From NCBI GenBank assembly GCA_004022145.1, contig RCNU01000007.1: a DNA stretch of 64,000 nt; one strand, written 5' to 3'. The DNA is from Paecilomyces variotii (lineage: Eukaryota). Positions within the stretch are counted from its first letter, which is position 1, and each line of letters begins with the position of its first letter. The notes under the pieces are model-generated. The model was not told the origin of the DNA. It did not search any database and saw nothing but the letters and a program-made list of their open reading frames with translations. Shown here piece after piece: positions 12,860 through 25,600 of this stretch. The position numbers were made by a program, and so were the translations under genes.

Positions 12860-12931
12860 TGGACTCGCGGGGAATCGAACCCCGGACCACCCCCATGCTA
12901 AGGGGGTATTATACCACTAAACCACAAGCCC
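12860..12931 (-). tRNA. tRNA-Ala (anticodon AGC), intronless
   Basis: Reverse complement GGGCTTGTGGTTTAGTGGTATAATACCCCCTTAGCATGGGGGTGGTCCGGGGTTCGATTCCCCGCGAGTCCA folds as a cloverleaf with G3:U70 and a GTTCGA T-loop; T6 Pol III terminator just downstream (12853-12858). Confidence 0.97.
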
Positions 12932-14232
12932 AATTGTGTGATGGTCGGCCGAGAATAGTGATTTACTAGACAATCTGGATGTTTATCGTACCTTTTGTAT
13001 TTGCTTGCAGTTATGTTATCTCGGCAAACAAAATGGGACGTTCCTATTTGGGAATTTAGGCTAAAATTTAGTGCGGCTGATAAATCACGTGATATAGGTA
13101 CAGATTGTCTTGGCCTTTATAGAATTGCAGCGCTGGTAAACAACATTGCTACTACTATTGAGCATAGATAAAGGGAACCGATCCGTGCTAATTACTGATC
13201 CTCGTAAATGCCCTTTCTTTTGTCCTCTTTTCTCACCGCCACTCGGCCCTACAAGTTTGTGGAAACTGGAAAGGAGAGTTTTTCATTAGGTACTCACAGA
13301 TCCGTCTCTTGGCAAGTTCCTATTTAAGTAAATGGGGGCCAAAACCATCCGACTTGCTTTTATTCTAACTTGTCTCCGTATCTAAAGGAATTTGGCGTCA
13401 ACTCTGCTCCAGATCCTCATTTAACTACCGGATTGAATGAGGCTATGCAGTGAGTAATTTTCAGCTTCGGATTCCCTATGTTGGGCAGGCACCAACGTCC
13501 GCTAGTTGTACTAGACTAGAATGTCAAGGCGTCCTCTGTTCGTTCGTTGAAAACAGCGATTGCGGACTCTCGCATCTATTGCTGAGCTGTTCATGAGAAT
13601 ATAACTGGGTGTCTTTGTTCTCATGTGAACTTCACCAGGATGACGATTGGATAACACAGTCGTTGGGCTCTGTTGAAATGCGCATCTTTTTCTTAGCATG
13701 GATTACTTTCTATCTGGTCTTCGCTTGCCTGCCATTTCCAGACTCCAGAGCCTCAAGCTAAAACGACCAGCTATATTCAGCCAAGATGCTAAGCTTGAGT
13801 TGTTCAAGGCGCATGGACTCACGGCCTCGGTCATACATACTTACGAGGTGACATTGGAGTCCTGGATAGCGTCTTAGCCTACACTCCCTCGAAGCTAAAT
13901 CGCCGGCGCGTGCACTAAATTCAGCCTCCAAGAGCCGCATCGTATCTTTTTGGGGTCAGGAGGAGTGAATTAGCCTTTTTCTTTGCTGCGCCATGCGGTT
14001 TTCTAACCGATATCGCGCTGGCCGTCGCTGGGGGCTAAAGACTCTTTTGATCTTGAACTTATAAAAAGGGGCGGCGGTTGGCACGAAGTCTGTCGCAGAT
14101 TTCTCTTCTGTCTGAATATCAAGGCTCTTATTATTATTGTCATCTCTGAGATCTCAAGATATATCTCTCGTTCGACATTATCTTTTTCAAGACTCCCTAG
14201 ACTACACCAAGTGATAGATAAAGATCACCATC

Positions 14233-14814
14233 ATGCGTTTCACCAGCTATATCTTGTCTTGCGCTGCCATTGCAGCCACTGTCTCCGCGCAATCTAGCAC
14301 CGTGATCAGTGTCTTCGCAGCAGGCCCGACGCAGGTGCCCCTCGATAACATCAAGGGCAGCATAGTAGACGCAAATGCCGTCGCCACGACGATGGTCCTA
14401 AACTGCGTGGATGCTCCGAGCGCGACATGCGCCCTTCATCAACCTTTCACCGTCACCGAAGGTCCTTCTACCTGGAGCGTGAGCGCTATCTTCTCGACCG
14501 CGACTGCCGGTATAGAGGCTACGATTACTCTAGACCAAAAATGCGAAATCACCTCCTCGACCCAGTTGGCCTCCTGCTCGGAGTCTGTTGGTCTCCAGGT
14601 CAGCACGGAAGGATTCTCCACTTCTACCGAAACAACCACTATCACTTCATATTCGGGTGATGAGATCTACTACCCGACTATGACTGTGACGGGCGGTATT
14701 GACCAGCTCAATCAGCCTCAGGCTACCCAGACCCCTGATGCGGCTGCTGGCCGTATTGGTATGGGAGGAGCTGCTGCTGCTGCTGCTGCTGCGGCCGCTG
14801 CTGGTTTCCTCTGA
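14233..14814 (+). CDS. Secreted Ser/Thr-rich, probably GPI-anchored cell-wall protein (193 aa)
   Basis: Signal peptide MRFTSYILSCAAIAATVSA, four Cys in the mature part, S/T-rich body, hydrophobic poly-Ala C-terminus; TATAAAA near 14060. Confidence 0.85.
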   Translation: MRFTSYILSCAAIAATVSAQSSTVISVFAAGPTQVPLDNIKGSIVDANAVATTMVLNCVDAPSATCALHQPFTVTEGPSTWSVSAIFSTATAGIEATITLDQKCEITSSTQLASCSESVGLQVSTEGFSTSTETTTITSYSGDEIYYPTMTVTGGIDQLNQPQATQTPDAAAGRIGMGGAAAAAAAAAAAGFL

Positions 14815-15988
14815 ATGAAATTTAGAGTACTGCTCAAGTCGGTGATGTGAAGATTGTTTGAACCTCCATTCGCATTGGAAACTGAATGAGGTCTTGAGGC
14901 AAAGAGAGAAACTGGACCGAATGATACCCACGGAAAGGAGTCCATCATGAACGTGTATCTACTTTTTGTATAACGTTGCACTTGCTTGTCATTTTTCCCT
15001 ATCCATTGTCTTAATTTTTATACAAGAAAAAATCATTCTTAATCCAAACGCAAAATCTACCTAGCTACCTACTATTAACAAACTCGAAAATACCCGATAA
15101 TTCAAGAGCGCTGGCGTTGTTATTATTTCTTACCAGTAATCCGGACCATCCCTGTCTAGTCTCACGAAGCAGCCCTGTCGATCCGTTCGTATCCCTGCCA
15201 CCCCGCAAAAGCCTCGTGCTCGGGAAAGGTTGACCATTGCACAGCCGCTATATAACGATGACACATTTCTCTGATTTCTTTTAAGTAACTACAGCGCGTT
15301 TATCATAAAACGTTCGACTTTCGCTAAGGACGTCTTATATAAGTTTATAACTAGGGCTTGTCTTGTCTCTATAACCATAACTAGAGAGAACTGTAGAAAG
15401 ACCCCAAGTCTAGCGGATTTTACTTAGCAGATGGTACTTCCCGTACATAGATACATAGATTAGATGATAAATTCCAAGCAATTCGGAAATTTTAACTGCT
15501 ATTTTCCCTTTCTTCGTTCGGGCTATGGATGATGGTTCGTTATAACTGATCAATTTATTCGTGTAGCTTTCGTTCCGATGGGGTTTATTTATATTCTCTA
15601 ATACATAATGAGGGGTTCTTTTATAGTAGAGTAGGCATATGCAGCACGTGGGAATTTACACCTACATACTGTACAACTACATGGCGAATGCGCTGCATTG
15701 TAGTGTAATACATGCGATATTGTGGCTTATTGTGTTTTGGATGGTTTGTATTGTGGCTTCGTGGCTTTGGGTAATACTATCATGATCATAATAATATAGT
15801 TAATAGTGATTAAATTGAACATTGATATCTACATGGAGGTATGATATTAATTTATTGAGATTGGGGTTTATACACGAAACTGTACAGCGGAATGTTGATG
15901 TTATATTTCATTGCATTAAGTCAGTATGGACATTATTTATTCTACGTACACATCTAGCGAGAACGGGGGTATATATCAGATTCTGACC

Positions 15989-18364
15989 CTAATGGCGACC
16001 CAAACCCCATCGACCAACCTCACGCATTGCCTCGTCGCCTCCCTCTGCGAGACGGCCATCTGCATTCGATGGGTTGTCACTGCCAAGGACACCGGCTACA
16101 CAATTCCATCCGTTGCGGCCACCGCCCCAGCGGAGAACCTCGTTCTTGTACCGCTCGCCAGCTTCGCGGTCTACTGCTGCCTCGCCTGCCTTGAACACGT
16201 CCTGCCAGAGCTTGTTTGCGATGGCGCGATCGAAGATGTAACTGTAATACGTCGCGCCATAGCCGTACAAGTGGCCAAAGAAACCCTGCCACGAAGTAGG
16301 TGGGTTGGTTTTGGGGTCAGGGAGGCTTGAGTGCTCAGAGAATACACTGTGATAGATGGCGGTACTGTCAATGGTCTGATGCTCTGGAGGGAGAGAGTGA
16401 TATGCCTGATCGACCAAGGCCATGAGAATCTGTGCTTCATTTTCCACGGCGCCGTAGATGGATCCATGAGCTGATCGATCGAGGTCCATGCTGCGCATCA
16501 TACTCTCTGAAAGCGGCTCGTCGGTTTTCCAGTGCCGAGCATAGAGAGATAGAACTTCCGGGGCCGTGGCGAAACTCTCCATCAGCACAGAGGGCAGTTC
16601 CGCAAAGTCAGTAGCGCAGCGCGTACCCGAGATCGACTGGAGAGACGTCTGGCCTAGAATGGAATGGACAGCATGGCCCATTTCATGGAACAGTGTCCGA
16701 ACGCTATGTTCGCTCAGAAGTGAAGGAGGGCCGTCTCCATAGGCCGGCGGCTCTGGGAAATCACAGACCAGCGCGATAGTTGGGAGTTGGCGCAGGGTCT
16801 TGGATTCCGGGTCGCGAGCAGTGGCCATTCCATCATTAGGATGCAGTGACTGCTCTATAGCAGCAGACTCCGTTATCTCCTCTTGGGAGATCTCACGCGA
16901 GCAGCGTAGCGTGAAATGGGCCGGATTCGGGCTCTTATCCGGCCGCGTGAAGAGGTCGCAATATATCACAGCAATGTGACGTCCGGACTCGTCGACGACA
17001 TCCAATCGTCTCACATCCGAGTTCCAGGTTTCCCCAGGAGCCGTCTCCTGAGGCACAAGACGCACACCGTATAGACGGTCAAATAGTCGGGAAAGACCTT
17101 GCATCACGGTTCCAAGCGAAAAGAATTCAGGAATCATACTAAGCTCACGAGATCTGCGGGCCTGCGAATACTCGAAAACTCGCTGGTTAACGTAGTAGGG
17201 ATGATCCCACGGCTGCAAGGGCGATGCGCCCTTCAGCTTCTGGAGCTGGGCCAATTCTTCCTGGACCGGTCCTCTGTTGCTCGAGACAAGGGAAAGCAAG
17301 AAGTTAGACACAGCCTCTGGCGTCTTCGCCATCTTGTCACTCAATGTCATATGTGCAAAGCTAGGGTAACCAGAAAGCTTAGCAAGTTCTGCTCTCTTGA
17401 GCAACAATTGCTCTAGCCGGTGGATCTGTTTCTTGCTAGAGGTTCGTGTTGCAAGATATACCTCCTTCCTAGTCTCCTCGTCATGGACTGACCGCAACAC
17501 CAGACGAGGAACCATTCCCACTGTTGGTATAGACGCCTTGCTCCATCTCCCCAGCTGCTGCACCACGACCGGATCCAGCCCGCGCAGACTGTTCTTGCTG
17601 ACTGTGACGTGGGACTTGGCAGGCTCTCCTCCGTTGACAAAGTCCGATCCCAGTTGGCTAATATCATTCGAGAGGTTGACAAATCTTTGACGCTCATCTG
17701 GTGGAAGATGGATGGCGGAGTTCGAGAAGTCCTTGATCAATATTTGAGCCACCATCTTCTCACTCTCGGTCCACTGCGCCGTAACCAGAGGGTTGGCTGC
17801 AGCTTTTTTGAGCTGCTCATTTAGACCAGTCGTCGTATTCAAGACATTCATATATTCAAACATCAGCGCATACGCCTGCGTAGCCGCCTCCTGCACTCGT
17901 CGGTCGGGATGTATAGATCTCATGAAATCGGACAAGTCAATCACTCGACATAGCAGGTCGCTCAGACGATCTAGATCTCGCGCCATAGATCTGTATTCTT
18001 CCAGAGTGGACGCGGCCAGTACCTTGGCCACTATCCTCTGGCATTTCTGCAGAGAGGCATGGGCGAACTCTCTGAATCCTTCGGGACTCTTGAGGTATTG
18101 GTTCTGCACCAGGCCTGTGCGCTTCGAGAGACCAGCGCCTCGCTGCGAGAAATCTTTCCAAAACGGTCGCGAGTCGAACACCTTCCGTAGCACATCGTCA
18201 TCATGGCGCCTGTCCACAGAGCTGTCTGCTGGCGCGTGGTCTTCGGATAACGACCTGACGGCAGATGTCGCCGCAGTCTCGAAGGATCGCCGCGACTGAA
18301 CGTGCTGCAGACGCCGCAGACACTGCTGGCAGGTCCACGGGCTGCGGTTCAGAGTCTTCAGCAT
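15989..18364 (-). CDS. oct1: Mitochondrial intermediate peptidase (M3 family), ~791 aa, intronless
   Basis: FHEMGHAVH zinc motif, [29 protein letters not shown]; Arg-rich presequence beginning [10 protein letters not shown]. Confidence 0.95.
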   Translation of the reverse strand: MLKTLNRSPWTCQQCLRRLQHVQSRRSFETAATSAVRSLSEDHAPADSSVDRRHDDDVLRKVFDSRPFWKDFSQRGAGLSKRTGLVQNQYLKSPEGFREFAHASLQKCQRIVAKVLAASTLEEYRSMARDLDRLSDLLCRVIDLSDFMRSIHPDRRVQEAATQAYALMFEYMNVLNTTTGLNEQLKKAAANPLVTAQWTESEKMVAQILIKDFSNSAIHLPPDERQRFVNLSNDISQLGSDFVNGGEPAKSHVTVSKNSLRGLDPVVVQQLGRWSKASIPTVGMVPRLVLRSVHDEETRKEVYLATRTSSKKQIHRLEQLLLKRAELAKLSGYPSFAHMTLSDKMAKTPEAVSNFLLSLVSSNRGPVQEELAQLQKLKGASPLQPWDHPYYVNQRVFEYSQARRSRELSMIPEFFSLGTVMQGLSRLFDRLYGVRLVPQETAPGETWNSDVRRLDVVDESGRHIAVIYCDLFTRPDKSPNPAHFTLRCSREISQEEITESAAIEQSLHPNDGMATARDPESKTLRQLPTIALVCDFPEPPAYGDGPPSLLSEHSVRTLFHEMGHAVHSILGQTSLQSISGTRCATDFAELPSVLMESFATAPEVLSLYARHWKTDEPLSESMMRSMDLDRSAHGSIYGAVENEAQILMALVDQAYHSLPPEHQTIDSTAIYHSVFSEHSSLPDPKTNPPTSWQGFFGHLYGYGATYYSYIFDRAIANKLWQDVFKAGEAAVDREAGERYKNEVLRWGGGRNGWNCVAGVLGSDNPSNADGRLAEGGDEAMREVGRWGLGRH

Positions 18365-18614
18365 CGTGCACGCGAAAACGCTGATCCAAAGCAGCTGTCG
18401 GGGGGTTGCAAAGGCACAGCGTGAAGACTTACTAAGTATCGGCGATGACGGAGTCGGAACTGCGCCCATTTTCTGCTCGTCCGCAGAGCCGAGTTGTTCC
18501 CGCTGAGGCTTGGCTCGGCCAACGACATCGACAACGTCCAGGTCTTCCGCAGAATTCCAACCTCGACGTCTTCCACCAGTCCTCAATTGGCCATTGACCT
18601 CTGCGTTTCTCGAG

Positions 18615-19460
18615 ATGTCATTCCGGCCAATGTTCCAGCGGGTAAGAGTCGTCTTCACCGTGTGCAGGTCCCCAGTCGCGTGACTGACGAGATTCTCAGC
18701 GAGCTGTTGCTCCCGTAGCAGCTACCCTCCTGGCTGGAGGTGTAGCCCTCTATCCCAGGCGGACGGCCTTTGCAGAGGCTCCCCATGAGTCGGTATGAAG
18801 TTCTCCGTTGACGGTATCTTGCGGAGAGTCTTGCCTAACGCCTGTCCAAAGCAGAAAAAACCCATCTACGACGACTTTCCGACGGAGAAGACACCTGCAC
18901 CACCCTCCCTGCCCTCGCCTCCTTCCACCTCTCAGCCCTCTTCTCCCACTCCGACAGACATCCTGACCTCCCAGGTTCGAGAAGCCCGTCTGTTCCTGTA
19001 CGCGCACTGCCTCGCGGCCGAGAACAGCTTCAACGACTTCCTTTCCCGCGTGCTCCGCATCGAGAATGCATTCACCGACACTGTTGCTTCTCTCAAGCCC
19101 TCTCCGGAATCCGGCGAGCGCCTGATGCCCGGAGGTATCTATGTCATTGTTTCTGCGATGGCAGGCTCAATAGTCTCGCGGAACCGTGGTGTTATCCTGC
19201 GCACCACGACACCGCTTGCCTTCGGTACCGTTGCGGCCTGGACCCTGTTGCCAGTGACGATGCGCAACGTCTCTGATCTGATCTGGGAATACGAGAAGAG
19301 ATGCCCGACTCTGGCTGAGCAGCATCTGAAGATCCGGGAGACTGCCGAGAACACCTGGCACACTGCTGTTGCGCATAGCGCCATGACGAGAGCCAGGTTC
19401 GAGGAGAAGATCGGCGATGCCAGGAAGAAGTTGGAAGAGATTGTCAGCAAGGGTCTATAA
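18615..19460 (+). CDS. MICOS subunit Mic26/Mic27 (apolipoprotein O family), 3 exons
   Basis: Spliced N-terminus [27 protein letters not shown]...|KKPIYDD; ApoO-like core [21 protein letters not shown]...LPVTMRN. Confidence 0.85.
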
Positions 19461-19847
19461 GCTGAGACAGTTTGGTAGCGAGAGAGAGGACCGTGATAGC
19501 TACGAGTCCACCATACAGACCCATACGAGAGCTTTCATGTCCATCGGGGACTGGGCTTGCGGAAACAGAGCTCTCGTATATGTAACTTAAAACTTTGGAT
19601 TCGGAGATTCAGGTCCCTATCTTCGAGTCTTGTCATTTTAGTACAACCAAATCTCATTTGTTGTCTAGAAGCAGTCAAAGCCACATGCATAAATTTCCTA
19701 TGTCAATGGCACCGAAACCAGCCTAATTCCTATAAACTATCGGTATCACCAGTCCAGGGTCATAACATAACTCCAACGTAATAGTCATACAGTTGAACAA
19801 TCCAAAACGTCACTTCCACAGCTCCATTCTTACGCCCGAGATGTGTG

Positions 19848-20956
19848 TTAGGTCTCAGTCGGTGCAGGCGCAGGGCTATCGGAATTGCGTGGAGGAGCGC
19901 CAACTTTGGGAGGCGGCGGAAGGGGAGTACTATTCCTTGATGGGGCATAATCCTGCTCCCTGCTCTTCTGCTCTCCTTCTGCGAAGTATTCATCAAACGC
20001 TGAGTTTGGCGATATCGCCGCATGTCGATGTCTTCTCCCTCCCTTCGACTTCCCGGACGTGGGAGTTCCCGATCTCAGAGGCGGAGGCGAGGCTATGGTT
20101 GCAGGGACAAGGAAGGATCCACCGCCCACTGCAGGAGCTTGTGTCTGCTGTGAGAAGCCATCGTCCTTGGTTTCGAACACGACTTCACCCGGTCCTTCTA
20201 CCTCCTCTCCAAGACCGACTGGTAGCCGATGTAGAGCTCCATATCCCAGAACAGCACCCAATGCACCTTCACCACCCCAGCCTCTCGTAGGGACAAGCTC
20301 TACCTCTCGAACAACATCGAATTCACTGTTGTAGACCCATAGAGTCAGGCTCCTGTTGAGATGGTCCTCCACCAGCTCACCAAGCGCGGATTCGCCTCGT
20401 AGTGTTCCACTAGGTGTTCCCAGTATGTAGTCCGAGTGTGGAAGAAGTCCCGCTAGGTATGCTGGACTGTGAGACGAAGGGATGTCGAGAACGTGCCATA
20501 TATGCTGCGTTGACGACAGGGGGCTTAGTTGTAGGGTAAGTCCGAGGGTTGGGTTGCCAGCTGGCACAGGGATGGAGATAGTATGTGTCCGTTGGCCCTG
20601 GGTGTATGTCAGAAGAAGCTATATATCTATCCAAGAGATATACACTGACCTTTGCGCTCCATATCTCGAGCGACACGCTTGAACCGGCGCAGTTGCGGAC
20701 CTCCGTAGCGAACAGGTTTGGATCGGGGTCATCCTGGTAACGGGATATTAGAAAGATCAATCACAGGTACCATAGGCTGACTCACAATCAGGCGACCATT
20801 GATACCGATAATGAAGTCGAACCAGGGCTCGAGAGGCAGCTCGGAGTCCTTGTTGCGGAGGACCTGGAAACCAAACGAATTGTCTCCATTGCTAGAAGCC
20901 TGCTGTGCGGGCTCGCCCTCCAGACGCCCGATGAACCTATTTAAAGCTCCGAACAT
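19848..20956 (-). CDS. grh1: GRASP55/65-family Golgi reassembly stacking protein (exons 20956-20786, 20733-20650, 20597-19848)
   Basis: GFQVLRN...LEPWFDFIIGING; WHVLDI...SPAYLAGLLPHSDYI; PTRGWGGEGALGAVLGYGALHRLP; amphipathic MF- start. Confidence 0.92.
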
Positions 20957-21233
20957 AGCTTCTAGTTCTCCCCGATATTGAACGAAATCAATATCAAACG
21001 TTCGAGGAACGAGACTGGAGCTGCTCGTGTTTACAGTCCCCTCATCATCTCCACGTGGAGGACTAACTAGTTATCCATAATCGGCGATGCTACGTCGGCA
21101 AACAAGACAAACACATCTCCGTTCCAGATAAAGTCCGCGGTGCCAATCTTCCATGGTCAGGACGAAGACTCTTACTATGATGAATTCTACATAGACCAGC
21201 TATCAGACAGGATTATTTTCCGTCAGTGCTGCC

Positions 21234-22151
21234 ATGAGCGGTGACTCTGAAGAGGCTCCTCCCGAGGTGCATCATTACAACGACCGGAGTGAGGTCCCTT
21301 GGGATATCCAAAAGTAAGCACGCTCATTCATGCCAAGAACATATATATATATATACTTACGACCACTGACCATATTCCCAGTTACTGGGCACAACGCTAC
21401 AAGCTATTCTCTAAATATGACGAGGGTATCTGGTTGACCGATGATGCCTGGTTTGGCGTCACCCCAGAACCTGTTGCTAAGTTTGTTACCCTGCTTGTTG
21501 CGCATGTCATTAGAATAATAACATTGGCTTACCACCTGTATAGTAAAATCGCGGAGCACATCGCCAAATCTGCTCCTAAAGGGCGAAGCATCTTAGTCGA
21601 TGCATTTGCTGGAGCTGGTGGGAACACCATCGCGTTCGCGCTCTCCGGGCGCTGGAAACGTGTCTACGGCATAGAGAAAGATCCCGCAGTCCTGCAGTGC
21701 GCAAAGCACAATGCGAAGGTGTATGGAGTAGAGAACAAAATCACCTGGTTTCAAGGCGACTGCTTCGAGATTCTCAAAGCCCAGTTGAAAGACCTGGCAC
21801 CATACAGTGTGCTTTTCGCCAGTCCGCCATGGGGTGGTAAGTTTCTTCTGTCTTTCTTTCTTCTGCCCAGTTTTCCAGCAAGTGGGCGGTGCTGACTTCC
21901 CTTTAGGACCTGGCTATCGTTCAGATGAAGTATTTAATCTGCGAACCATGGAGCCATATCCGCTCAGTAAGCTGTATGAAGAGTATTCCGTCTTCACTGA
22001 ACATATGGTTCTCTATTTGCCTCGGACGTCTGATCTGAAGCAGTTGGCGAAGGTGGTCAAGGACGATAAAAAGGCTACTGTTATGCATTACTGTATGGAA
22101 GGCGCTAGCAAGGCGTTGTGTATCTATTATGGCGATTTTCATCTGGAATGA
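21234..22151 (+). CDS. tgs1: Trimethylguanosine synthase (RNA cap methyltransferase), 4 exons
   Basis: YWAQRYKLFSKYDEGIWLTDDAWFGVTPE, VDAFAGAGGNTIAFA, SPPWGG|PGY, LYLPRTSD; introns 21314-21381, 21481-21543, ~21837-21907. Confidence 0.93.
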
Positions 22152-22681
22152 CTTTTCAGCGATCCCGTATTGAATAGAATGATCGTTTTACAAACCTATT
22201 CATGTCTAGTTAGACGGGGTACCGGGACATGGGCAGATGAATGGCAACTTGACACCTGCGTGCGCCACACAACCCTTACCTCTCATTTACCTTGTGAATG
22301 AAAAGCCAAATGGCATCCAGTAAAAGCGAGATTACTCATAGTTCTATTCACTAAAAGTCCTGCTTATTGTCATGATTCTGTCGATTCTTTGAGGACCGGA
22401 TGAGCTGATTTCCCAATAAGGCTTAGCGGTATATCGTCCGTCGCCTCCGCGTCCGATGCGCTTCTTCTCTCCTCACTCTCTCCACGCCGATAGCCACTGC
22501 TTCTCGCTTCAGTTCCTCTGCAGCTTCCTCTTCGACATCGATGATTTAGAGCCGGTCTCGACGTCATTTCTATGATACTGCGCGATCGGTACGCCGTCCG
22601 ACCGTCGTCGACCGTTCTACGTCCTTGACCAAGGCGGGAATCTTGTGACGGCTTCAGTTCTTTCAAAGATCACATCCCAAG

Positions 22682-25600
22682 ATGCCCCACGCTACAGAGA
22701 ACGGTGCGCTCAACGCCGAGGACGCCGATTTCAACAATGTTATGCAACAGATCAACGGGCCCTTCGGGGAGGGCGGCGTGTCTTTCGATTTTATGTCTCG
22801 CGAGTTAGAGCCAGGCGAGAAGGCAGACGACGCAATCGACTACGAGGACATCGACGATGATGACCTCCCCGAGGAGGAAGAAGGAGGCGCTCCTCCTGCG
22901 ACGGCGAGAGATATCGATATGGCACCCCCTGGCGAGCAGGAGAAGGAGGACTGGGGAGAAGATATCTTTGGAATGGATGAAGAGGCTGGAAAGCGCGAAG
23001 AGGGCGATGATGAGCTGGACGATTTATTTGGTGAAGCCCCGTCACCAACCGCAGGGAACCAGGCCGACGAGACACGAGATCTCTTTTTTGAGGAGGAAGA
23101 GGGTCCATCGCTGGCAGCTGGCGATGCTGGTGCCACCGACGCTCCGGTGGCAGAGGCTGAGGTCGAGGCAGAAGCGATGGAAGAGGGTAGCATTCTCGAA
23201 GGAGAAGAGCCTTCCTCACCTACTGTTGAGGACATGGATCCCGCTACTCTTCGAGCATGGAAACTTCAACAGGCCTTGTTTGCTATGTCTGCAGTCGGCC
23301 CGGATAATCCGCCTGCCCCTCCAGAGAACGTGGAAGAGCTGCTTGAGTCACTATGGCCAGGGTTTGATCGTAAAGCTCTGCCACGGTTCTTGGAACTCAT
23401 TCCTCATAAGAAGGCTTACTTCGTCGGAAAACAGGCCCTGAAGCCCCCGAAACCAGTGCAGCCGACAAAAATCAACCTAGAGCTTGCTCAAGACCAGGAG
23501 CGTGTATTCAAAGCGGGAGGCCAAGTCAGCAAGCGCGCTCTCGAATCAGAACAACTTGGCATAATTCCGATCACTGTGACTGTGCAAGAGGAAGAAGAAA
23601 GTCCGATCGAAGAGATCGATTTCGAGACGGATCCGGAAGAAGTGCTCCCTGGGGGGGTTACCATGCAGGACCTTCATGTGATTTGCACAGATTGGGAGGT
23701 CAAAACGGACGTTTCTGAAATGGATCTCGACGAAGAGCCTGAACCGGCCAAAGACATGGACGAAGCCGCTGAGGAGGATGACTGGCTATTCGAGACTACA
23801 CGGCCCGCGAAGAAGCGTAAGCTGGGGAAGGATCCAAACGAAATCATAGCTTTATCACACATCGACATTCCGCCACTCGACGATCCTGAGCAGATCACAG
23901 CTGGGATCGCCAAGAAGGTCACGATTGATCTGAACGATCCCCATCTACTCCTTGACGAGCGAGGTCCCGAGTCTGCCGTGCAGAAGCCCAAGGCTTTGGG
24001 AGCTATCAATCGGGATGAAATGGACGCCAATGTCACCAAACGCCTGACAAAACGCTACAACATTTCAAACGACGAGGCATATGACATGCTCAAGGAGAAT
24101 CACCAGAACAAGGTGCGCAGTACGCTCGGTAATGTAACCCTCGAGCATAGTATGCCCGCTTTGCGCTTGCAGTGGCCTTACTATAAGACTGAGCTGTCTA
24201 CCTCGGAGGCACGATCCTTCCATCGCCCAGCTTTGACCTTCCGACCTGGCCAATCCGTCTGGTTCAAGAACCCCGCGTACATCAAGCGGAAGCATCAAAA
24301 AGGCAAGGATATCAAGACTCTTTACAACTCTACTAAAGACCTTTCAGCGGCGGACAACTCGAACGTTCTCCTGGTCGAGTATTCCGAGGAAGTTCCAACC
24401 ATGATGTCGAATTTCGGAATGGCCAATCGCTTCATAAACTACTACCGTCGGAAAAACATGGAGGATTCGTCTCGGCCAAAAGCAGAGATCGGTGAGACGG
24501 TCGTGCTCCTGCCTCAGGATAAGAGTCCATTTTCCATCTTCGGACACATTGATCCCGGCGAGACGACAGCAGCTATCTCAAACTCTATGTACCGTGCTCC
24601 ATTATTCCACCATCAACCTAGGTCTACGGACTTTCTGGTCATTCGCTCCAGTACCGGTAGCGGTGGATCCGATTACTTCGTGAGGAATATCGACAATCTC
24701 TATCTTGCTGGCCAGCAATTGCCGTCCACGGATGTACCCGGACCCCATTCTCGAAAGGTCACCACGACAGCCAAGAATCGCCTGAAGATGCTCACCTTCC
24801 GTCTCATGAAAAAGTCTGGCGATATGAAATTGTCGATATCTGACATTACTGCTCATTTCCCGGGTACCTCGGACATGCAGAATCGTCAGAGAATGAAAGA
24901 CTTTGTCCACCACGATAAGGAGTCGAAGCAATGGGTTCCAAAATTCCTAGATGCTATACCTGACTCTGACACAATACGCTCCTGGATTCAACCGGAGGAT
25001 GTCTGTCTTCTGGAATCTATGCAGGTCGGTCAGCAACATCTGCACGATGCAGGTTATGCAAACGATGCAGAAAAGGGTGGCGACGACGATGAAGATGTGG
25101 AAGGCGAGAGTTTTGAACAACAGATGGCTCCTTGGAAGACCACGCGCAACTTCCTGTTAGCCTCGCAAGGCAAGGCCATGTTGAAGCTTCACGGTGAAGG
25201 TGACCCTACTGGCCGTGGCGAAGGTTTCAGTTTTATCAAAACCTCGATGAAAGGTGGCTTCAAGGCCATTGGCGAGAGTGTCGAGGATAAACTAGACGCA
25301 CAGAGACTCAAGGAGCTGGGCGGCCACAGTTATAACGTGGCTCGTCAGCAGAAATCGTACGAGACTTCCATCCGCCGTATCTGGGATGCCCAGAAAGCGA
25401 GCTTATCTTCAACCGTTGAGCATTCGGACGCCGAGAGTGACATCGATCAGGAAGATGAGGAAGATGAATTCAGCAAGCCCACGCCAAGATCGGAGGCTCC
25501 TACCCCAGCAGCTTTCCGCAGGGATGATGAAACTACCAGTCAGTTCAGTAGACTAAGCACAACCAGCCAAAAGAACAAAGTCTTGAGGATCGTTCGCGAT

